A DNA stretch of 64,000 nucleotides. Source: Gemmatimonadota bacterium (GTDB taxonomy: Bacteria > Gemmatimonadota > Gemmatimonadetes > Palauibacterales > Palauibacteraceae). A program made the translations under genes and the position numbers. Positions within the stretch are counted from its first letter, which is position 1, and each line of letters opens with the position of its first letter. Location of the stretch: positions 7,114 through 71,113 of the forward strand of contig JAWOIN010000069.1 of assembly GCA_046484665.1 (NCBI GenBank), written 5' to 3'. The notes beneath the pieces were generated by a model. That model saw only the letters and a program-made list of their open reading frames with translations. It was not told the origin of the DNA and did no database searches. Of the stretch, positions 58,007 through 64,000 are shown one piece after another.

Positions 58007-58953
58007 GCGTCACGGGGTGGAGACGGGCGCTGCCGTGTCTGGCGATCCTGGCCGCCGCGCCGTGCGGCAGCTGCGCACGGGAGGATGGCGAGCGGTCAGC
58101 GGAGCCGCCCGTGACCGAGCGTCCCGCGCCGGAGCTCGCCACGCGGGTGACGAACGCGTACCCCGCGTACTCCTCCGACGGCGCGTGGATCGCGTACATG
58201 TCGAACGCCGACGGCGATTTCGACATCTACGTCATGAACCTGTCGGAGGGCGTGCGCCGCAAGCTCACGCACGCGCCCGGAAGGGACGGAACACCCGCCT
58301 GGGCCCCGGACGGGACGAAGATCGCCTTCCAGTCGTACCGGGACGGCCCGTCGCAGGTGTACGTGATGAACGCCGACGGCTCGAACCCGCGGAACCTCTC
58401 GAACGGCCCGTGGAACGACGAGCACCCGACCTGGTCGGCGGACGGGACGCGGATTGTGTTCGCCTCGGACCGGCAGGCGTCGGAGGGGGAGGAGGGGAAC
58501 ATCGACCTCTACGAGATGCGCGCGGACGGGACCGACGTGCGACGGATCACGAACACGCCGGAGGTGGAGACCTACCCCTCCTGGTCGCCCGACGGGACGC
58601 GGATCGCCTGCCGGAAGATCCTCCCGGACGGGAACTGGGAGGTCGTCGTGATGGACGCCGACGGCTCCGACCCGGTCGTGATCGCGCCGCACGCGGCGGC
58701 GGACGGCTGGCCCGCCTGGTCGCCTGACGGAGCACGACTCGCCTTCGCGTCGGAGCGCGCCGGCTCTTCGGACCTGTACGTCATCGAGCTGGGGACGGGT
58801 GAGATCCGGCGGGTGACGTTCGACGAGGAGGCCGACGACCGGCAGGCCTGGTGGTCGCCCGACGGGCGGTACCTCGCGTTCAGCCGCTACGTCTGGTTCC
58901 GCGACCAGCCGTTCTTCGAGGCGTCGGAGATCCTGATCACGAGGGCGCCGTGA
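58003..58953 (+). CDS. PD40/TolB-like beta-propeller repeat lipoprotein
   Basis: Repeated P.WSPDG.R.AF.S.R.G....Y motifs (five blades). Confidence 0.75.
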   Translation: MSVTGWRRALPCLAILAAAPCGSCAREDGERSAEPPVTERPAPELATRVTNAYPAYSSDGAWIAYMSNADGDFDIYVMNLSEGVRRKLTHAPGRDGTPAWAPDGTKIAFQSYRDGPSQVYVMNADGSNPRNLSNGPWNDEHPTWSADGTRIVFASDRQASEGEEGNIDLYEMRADGTDVRRITNTPEVETYPSWSPDGTRIACRKILPDGNWEVVVMDADGSDPVVIAPHAAADGWPAWSPDGARLAFASERAGSSDLYVIELGTGEIRRVTFDEEADDRQAWWSPDGRYLAFSRYVWFRDQPFFEASEILITRAP

Positions 58954-59432
58954 GCGCGGTGCCGACCTGGTCGGACGTCCGGAGGCTCGCGCGGGACGGG
59001 AGCCCGGCACCTCCCCGGCGCGTCGAACGGACGGACGCGGAGTGGCGAACCGTTCTGACGCCGGAGCAGTTCCGGATCGCCCGCGGCAGGGGGACCGAGC
59101 GGCCGTTCAGCTCGGAGATGTGCAGCCGGTTCGAGCCGGGCCCGTACGCCTGCGTCTGCTGCGGAACGGTCCTGTTCGACTCGGGCGAGAAGTTCGAGTC
59201 GGGGACGGGGTGGCCGTCCTTCACGCAGCCGGCGAGCCCGGACGTCGTGGCGTATCACGAGGATCGCTCGCTCGGGATCGTCCGGGTCGAGACGACCTGC
59301 AACGTGTGCGATGCGCACCTCGGCCACGTCTTCCCGGACGGCCCGCCGCCGGGCGGGCTGCGTTACTGCATCAACGCTCTCGCGCTCGAGAAGATCGGCG
59401 CGGGGAGCGGTCAGTCCGACGAGCGGATGTAA
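58950..59432 (+). CDS. msrB: peptide-methionine (R)-S-oxide reductase MsrB
   Basis: CVCCG...GTGWPSF...RVETTCNVCDAHLGHVFPDGPPPGGLRYCINALAL. Confidence 0.85.
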   Translation: MSAVPTWSDVRRLARDGSPAPPRRVERTDAEWRTVLTPEQFRIARGRGTERPFSSEMCSRFEPGPYACVCCGTVLFDSGEKFESGTGWPSFTQPASPDVVAYHEDRSLGIVRVETTCNVCDAHLGHVFPDGPPPGGLRYCINALALEKIGAGSGQSDERM

Positions 59433-59846
59433 ACGGCCTCGAACGCGGACACCCGGGTCGAGCCGTCGAACGAGATCTCCGAGACCGTGCGCATCGTGAC
59501 GTCGGCGTCCATCGACTGCTCGTACTCGCTGACGAGAAGCGTGTCCCCGGCCGCGAGCCGCGCTTCGCCCCGCCCCGACGCTAAGGCCCGTCCGGCATCG
59601 CCGTAGACGCGGACATTCGCTCGTCCCCCTGCCGGGTCCCGGCGCCCTGCCGGAGCCGCCGTCGGACTTCCACGGGAATGGTCGTCATCGGGCCTCCGAC
59701 GTCTCGAGTCGTGGTGGTCTTCCTGCAGGATTGCCCGAGGGTGTCGACCCGCGGAATTCAGGCCCTCCGTGGACAACACCTTCCCCGTGACCTAATTCAG
59801 GACTCGAGAGCCGCGCTCACTCGCCGTCCGACCGCATGGAGACCTG

Positions 59847-61220
59847 ATGCTCCTCGACACTGGCGCCCCCCGGAAGCTCCCGCTGCGGTGGATTGCGCTG
59901 CTCCTCCTCGGACTGAGCGCGGCCATCGAGCCCCTGCCCGCCCGCGCCCAGGCGCCGTCGCTCGACGCCGGCACCAGGGAGCGAATCGAGGCCGTCGAGC
60001 CTAGCGTGATCGCGTGGCGCCGGGACATCCACGAGCACCCCGAGCTCGGAAACCGGGAAGTCCGCACGGCCGGGCTCGTCGCGGACCATCTCCGCTCGCT
60101 CGGACTCGAAGTCCGTACCGGCGTCGCCCGCACCGGCGTGGTCGGAGTCCTCCACGGCTCCCGACCGGGGCCTGTCGTGCTGCTTCGCGCCGACATGGAC
60201 GCGCTCCCGGTGACCGAGCCGACCGGCCTCCCGTTCGCCTCGACCGTGCGCAGCGAGTACGGCGGAGAGGAGGTGGGCGTGATGCACGCGTGCGGTCACG
60301 ACGCCCACACGGCGATCCTGATGGGCGTGGCCGAGGTGCTGGCGGCAATGAGCGACGACCTGCCGGGGACGGTGAAATTCGTGTTCCAGCCTGCCGAGGA
60401 AGGGCCACCGGCGGGTGAGGACGGCGGGGCCGAGCTGATGGTCCGCGAGGGCATCCTGGACGACCCCGCCGTGGACGTCGCCTTCGCCCTGCACATGGAC
60501 TCGCTCGAACCGGCCGGAGACGTTCTCTACCGTCCGGGCGGCACCTACGCGAGCGCCGACGACTTCCGGATCGTCGTGCGGGGACGCCAGACGCACGGAG
60601 CGTTTCCGTGGGACGGCACGGACCCGATCGTCGCCGCGGCCCACGTCGTTACGGCGCTGCAGTCGATCGTGAGTCGCGAGGTGAACCTGACCGAGACGGC
60701 GGTGGTCGTCTCGATCGGGAGGATCCGGGGGGGCGTGCGCTCGAACATCATCCCGGAGGAGGTGGAGCTGGTCGGGACGATCCGGACGCTCGACCCGGAG
60801 GTACGCGAGCGCCTGCACGAGAGGGTCCGGCGGATCGCGACGAGCGTCGCCGAGGGAATGGGCGCCACAGCCGTTGTGCAGATTCCGATGACCCGCGGGT
60901 ACCCGGCCACGGTGAACGACGCGGACCTCACCGCCCGGATGGTCCCGGCCCTCGAGGCGGCGGTCGGGGCGGAGCGGGTGCGCCTCCGTCCGCCGCTGAT
61001 GGCCGGCGAGGACTTCGCGTTCATCGCCGAGCGTGTCCCGTCGGTCTACATCGGGCTCGGAGGTCGGCCGGCCGGCGTCTCGAGGGCGGACGCGGTCCCG
61101 CACCACGCGCCGGGGTTCTTCCTCGACGAGAGCGGGTTCGGGAACGGGGTGCGGGCGCTCGCTGCGATGGCCCTCGAGACGCTGCGATCCGGCCCGCCCG
61201 TCCCGGGGACGCGCGAATGA
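59847..61220 (+). CDS. M20-family amidohydrolase (M20D peptidase/aminoacylase)
   Basis: GVMHACGHDAHT motif; signal peptide. Confidence 0.8.
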   Translation: MLLDTGAPRKLPLRWIALLLLGLSAAIEPLPARAQAPSLDAGTRERIEAVEPSVIAWRRDIHEHPELGNREVRTAGLVADHLRSLGLEVRTGVARTGVVGVLHGSRPGPVVLLRADMDALPVTEPTGLPFASTVRSEYGGEEVGVMHACGHDAHTAILMGVAEVLAAMSDDLPGTVKFVFQPAEEGPPAGEDGGAELMVREGILDDPAVDVAFALHMDSLEPAGDVLYRPGGTYASADDFRIVVRGRQTHGAFPWDGTDPIVAAAHVVTALQSIVSREVNLTETAVVVSIGRIRGGVRSNIIPEEVELVGTIRTLDPEVRERLHERVRRIATSVAEGMGATAVVQIPMTRGYPATVNDADLTARMVPALEAAVGAERVRLRPPLMAGEDFAFIAERVPSVYIGLGGRPAGVSRADAVPHHAPGFFLDESGFGNGVRALAAMALETLRSGPPVPGTRE

Positions 61221-62896
61221 TGCGATCGCGGGGAAGGTGGGCCCGGTCCGTCCTCCTCGCCGGCATCGTCGGCATCGCGACCGCGTGCGCGCGGGAGGCA
61301 GGCCCGCCCCGGACGGCCGAGGCAGGCGCCGTTTGGCCGTCGGAGCGGATCGAGCGCGTCAACCTCTCGGAGATGTTCGTCGGGATCGACGGCGAGGCGA
61401 CGTTCGTCCTTCTCGAGGGAGAGAGCGGCCGGGTCCGGGTCCACGATCCGGAACGGGCGCGCCGGCGCTTCCCGCCGGCGTCCACCTTCAAGATCCCGAA
61501 CTCCCTGATCGCGCTCGAGACGGGCGTCGCAGACGGACCGGAATTCCCCCTCCCGTTCGACTCGGTCGCGACACCCGCACGGAGCTGGTGGCCGCGGAGC
61601 TGGGCCGGCGACCAGACGATGCGGACCGCGTTCCGGGAGTCCGTGGCCTGGTACTACCAGGAGCTCGCACGGCGCATCGGTCCCGAGCGCATGGCGGAGT
61701 GGGTCGAGCGTCTCGACTACGGGAATCTCGACACCTCCCCGGAGGTGGACCGTTTCTGGCTGGAGGGCAGTCTCCGGATCTCGCCGGAGGAGCAGGTGGA
61801 GTTCCTGCGGCGCCTCTGGGCCGGAGAGCTCCCGGTGTCCGGGCGCACGGCCGCCGTCGTGCGGGAGCTGCTGCGGCTCGAGGAGGGCGACGGCTGGCGG
61901 CTCTCGGGGAAGACCGGAACGGCGGAGCTGACGCCGACCCGGGAGCTGGGCTGGCTGGTCGGTGCCGTCGAGCGCACGGCCGGCGAAGCGGAGTCCGGAA
62001 CCGAGTCCGGCGCCGCGTGGTTCTTCGCCCTCGAGATGGAGGGCGAGCGGGTCTGGGAGGAATGGCCGCCCTCCCGCCGTACTCAGCTCGTGAAGCGGAT
62101 CCTCCGTCGGCTGGCGTCGATCCCGCCGGACCCACCCCCCGGGGCCTCGCGCGGGACGGAGTCGCTCGCGCCTGAGCCGCGCGGCGTGGTCGCGCCGCCC
62201 TTCGTCGCGGCGACCGAGGACGCGCCCGTCGCCTTCGAGCCCCCGACCGCCGATCCGGACCGCTGGCTTCTCGCCTTCCTGGACGTCGAGACCACGGGCC
62301 TCGTTCCCGGCTGGCACGAGATGATCGACCTCGGCCTCGTGATGACGGACCTCGAGGGCGTCCCGGTCGACAGCCTCTTCCTCAGGATCCAGCCGGAGCA
62401 CCCGGAGCGGACCTCGGAGGGCGCCCGGCGGGTCAACGCCTTCGATCCGGCCCGGTGGCGGGAGCTCGGCGCGCTGTCTACGGAGGCCTCCGCGGACAGC
62501 CTCGCCCGCTTCCACCGGCGGGTGGCGGGCGACCGTCCGGTCATGCTCGTCGCCTTCAACAGCTGGTTCGACGCCGCCTTCCTCGACTACCTGTTCCGGG
62601 GGAAGGGCGGCAGCTGGCGCGAGCTCTACCACTACTTCGTGCTGGACATCCCCTCGATGGCCTGGTCGGTGGGATACCGGGGCCTGAACGGCACGGAGCT
62701 GTCGCGGGCGCTCGGCATCCCGGACGAGCCGCACGTGGCCGAACAGCACACCGGACTCACCGGGGCCCGGCTGAACGCGCGGCTGTACCGGGCGCTCCGC
62801 GAGAGACGCCCGCAGGAGACGCGAAGGCGGCGGCATCTTCGCTCTGATCGAAGCGTCTCCGGGGCGGGATGTCCGGCAAGAGGGGCAGACCGGTAA
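61217..62896 (+). CDS. fusion protein: N-terminal class D (OXA-like) beta-lactamase/penicillin-binding domain + C-terminal DEDDh-like 3'-5' exonuclease domain
   Basis: Lipoprotein-type signal; PASTFKIPNSLIALE (STFK), DYGNLD (YGN), SGKTGTA (KTG); then LAFLDVETTGL (exo I), VAFNSWFDAAFLD (exo II), HTGLTGARLNARLY (exo III with Gly where Asp expected); start ATG overlaps upstream stop (ATGA). Confidence 0.7.
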   Translation: MMRSRGRWARSVLLAGIVGIATACAREAGPPRTAEAGAVWPSERIERVNLSEMFVGIDGEATFVLLEGESGRVRVHDPERARRRFPPASTFKIPNSLIALETGVADGPEFPLPFDSVATPARSWWPRSWAGDQTMRTAFRESVAWYYQELARRIGPERMAEWVERLDYGNLDTSPEVDRFWLEGSLRISPEEQVEFLRRLWAGELPVSGRTAAVVRELLRLEEGDGWRLSGKTGTAELTPTRELGWLVGAVERTAGEAESGTESGAAWFFALEMEGERVWEEWPPSRRTQLVKRILRRLASIPPDPPPGASRGTESLAPEPRGVVAPPFVAATEDAPVAFEPPTADPDRWLLAFLDVETTGLVPGWHEMIDLGLVMTDLEGVPVDSLFLRIQPEHPERTSEGARRVNAFDPARWRELGALSTEASADSLARFHRRVAGDRPVMLVAFNSWFDAAFLDYLFRGKGGSWRELYHYFVLDIPSMAWSVGYRGLNGTELSRALGIPDEPHVAEQHTGLTGARLNARLYRALRERRPQETRRRRHLRSDRSVSGAGCPARGADR

Positions 62897-62911
62897 CGGG
62901 CGGCAGGGCTC

Positions 62912-64000
62912 TCAGGCGTCCGCCGGCCGACTTGCCTCCTCGATCTCGCCCTCGACCCGCTCCCACTCCGCGAGCCGCTCCTCGAGCTCCGCGGCCAGCG
63001 CTCCCCGTTCCTCCTCGAGGATGCGGATCGCCTCGGGCCCCGCGGACTCGTAGAAGGAAGGGTCCGCGAACACCGCGTCGATCTCAGCGACCCGCGTCTC
63101 GATCCTCGCGATCCTCTCGGTGACGCGGTCCCGTCGTCCGTCCAGCTCGCGCAGCCGCAGCTGGTCGGCTCGGCGGGCGGGGGTCGGTGCCTCGCGCCGC
63201 TCCTCGACTTTCCCGCGCTTCGCTCCGTTCCCCGCTTTCTCCAGGTCAGGTGCGCTGCCCGTGGCCGACGCGCCCCTCTCCCGCCTCGCCCGCAGCACGA
63301 CGGTGTCGATGTCGAGGTGGTCGTCCCCGCAGGCGTGCACGTAGTCCTCGTAGCTCCCCCGGTAGTCGCGGATCCCGTCGGGCCGGATCTCGACGATCCG
63401 GGTCGCGAGCCGGGAAACGAACCAGCGGTCGTGCGACACGAAGAGGAGCGTGCCGTCGAAGTCGGAGAGGCTCTCGACGAGCGCCTCGATCGCCTCGAGG
63501 TCCAGGTGGTTGGTCGGCTCGTCGAGCACGAGCACGTTCGGTTTCTGGATCGCGAGGCGGCAGAACACCAGCCGCGCGGCCTCGCCGCCCGACAGCGCCC
63601 CGAGGCGCTTCTCCGCCTCGTCGCCCGAGAACAGGACGAGTCCGAGCTCGCCCCGCACGAAGCCGGCCGAGGCGCCGGAACAGGAGTCCCAGATCCACTC
63701 GATCGCCGTCCGGTCGGGATCCTCGAACTGCTCGTGGTGGTCCTGCGCGAAGTAGCCGGGGTGCGCTTCGTATCCCCATTTCACGCTCCCCGCATCGGGC
63801 TCGAGGTCGCCGACCGCGATCTTGAGCAGAGTCGACTTCCCGATCCCGTTCGGGCCGAGGATCGCGACCCGGTCGCCCCGGCGGACCTCGAGGTCGACGC
63901 CGTGGAGGACCTCGTTGTCGCCGTACGCCTTCCGGATCCGCGTCAGCGCGAGGACGTCTTTCCCGCTGTGGCGCCGGGGCACGAACCGGAAGGTCGGCCA
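62912..64000 (-). CDS. ABC-F family ATPase (Uup/EttA-like), 5' end beyond window
   Basis: Second ABC domain: GDRVAILGPNGIGKSTLLK (Walker A), LSGGEAARLVFCRLA (signature), VLVLDEPTNHLD (Walker B), C-terminal coiled coil. Confidence 0.8.
   Translation of the reverse strand, partial: WPTFRFVPRRHSGKDVLALTRIRKAYGDNEVLHGVDLEVRRGDRVAILGPNGIGKSTLLKIAVGDLEPDAGSVKWGYEAHPGYFAQDHHEQFEDPDRTAIEWIWDSCSGASAGFVRGELGLVLFSGDEAEKRLGALSGGEAARLVFCRLAIQKPNVLVLDEPTNHLDLEAIEALVESLSDFDGTLLFVSHDRWFVSRLATRIVEIRPDGIRDYRGSYEDYVHACGDDHLDIDTVVLRARRERGASATGSAPDLEKAGNGAKRGKVEERREAPTPARRADQLRLRELDGRRDRVTERIARIETRVAEIDAVFADPSFYESAGPEAIRILEEERGALAAELEERLAEWERVEGEIEEASRPADA

Noticed and set aside
59411-59779. 122-aa minus-strand ORF overlapping the msrB 3' end
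   Set aside because: Only the C-terminal third looks protein-like. It overlaps msrB and has no recognisable motif or start context, so it was not called.
1-64000. tRNA, rRNA, transposase or IS elements
   Set aside because: No cloverleaf-like or rRNA-like low-GC conserved stretch and no DDE/HUH transposase motif was seen. The only mobile-element signature is the integron.

Overview
This is a high-GC (~70%) bacterial chromosomal window that carries a sedentary chromosomal integron and a long accessory region. All calls below come from reading the sequence and the ORF track; no searches were run, and coordinates I derived myself may be off by 1-2 nt.

- The integron. An integron-integrase gene (intI, 3151..4151, + strand) reads in the same direction as the downstream cassette array. 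It carries the IntI-specific segment ([21 protein letters not shown]) and the conserved C-terminus ([27 protein letters not shown]...TTMVYTHVL), but it is split by an apparent 1-nt frameshift near 3961-3970.
- The cassette array. At least eight attC sites lie between ~4834 and ~9967. Each has R'' (RYYYAAC-like) and R' (GTTRRRY-like) boxes and imperfect inner repeats with extrahelical bases; stop codons of cassette genes overlap R''. More degenerate attC remnants continue to about 12.8 kb.
- Cassette content. Three toxin-antitoxin pairs: HigB-2/HigA-2, HicB (frameshifted)/HicA, and BrnT/BrnA. Also a DUF2513 protein, small membrane and NTF2-like proteins, NmrA-like and DinB-like proteins, a methyltransferase and a DUF1801 protein.
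- Two candidate selenoproteins, each with an in-frame TGA followed by codon-biased coding sequence. A DsrE/YchN-like gene (TGA at 12624-12626, followed by a hairpin that could serve as a SECIS) and an AhpD/CMD-like gene (TGA at 22067-22069, aligned with the Cys of the CxxxH motif).
- A novel fusion protein. A secreted or lipidated protein (61217..62896) joins an OXA/class-D beta-lactamase-like domain (STFK, YGN, KTG motifs) to a DEDDh-like 3'-5' exonuclease domain. The last catalytic Asp of that domain is replaced by Gly.
- Gene decay. A duplicated membrane-protein gene has one copy carrying a nonsense TAG. There are further frameshifted genes (GNAT, hicB, intI) and truncated fragments. Whether these are real pseudogenes or assembly indel errors cannot be decided from this window.
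- The rest is ordinary chromosomal and accessory content: the DNA-repair gene ada, cysK, msrB, a macro-domain protein, an ECF sigma/anti-sigma operon, a membrane Ser/Thr kinase, a membrane-anchored SARP/BTAD regulator, GH13 and GH53 hydrolases, a K+ channel with tandem RCK domains, three beta-lactamase-fold hydrolases, an ANT-like nucleotidyltransferase and a partial ABC-F ATPase.

No rRNA, tRNA, CRISPR array or transposase was recognised.
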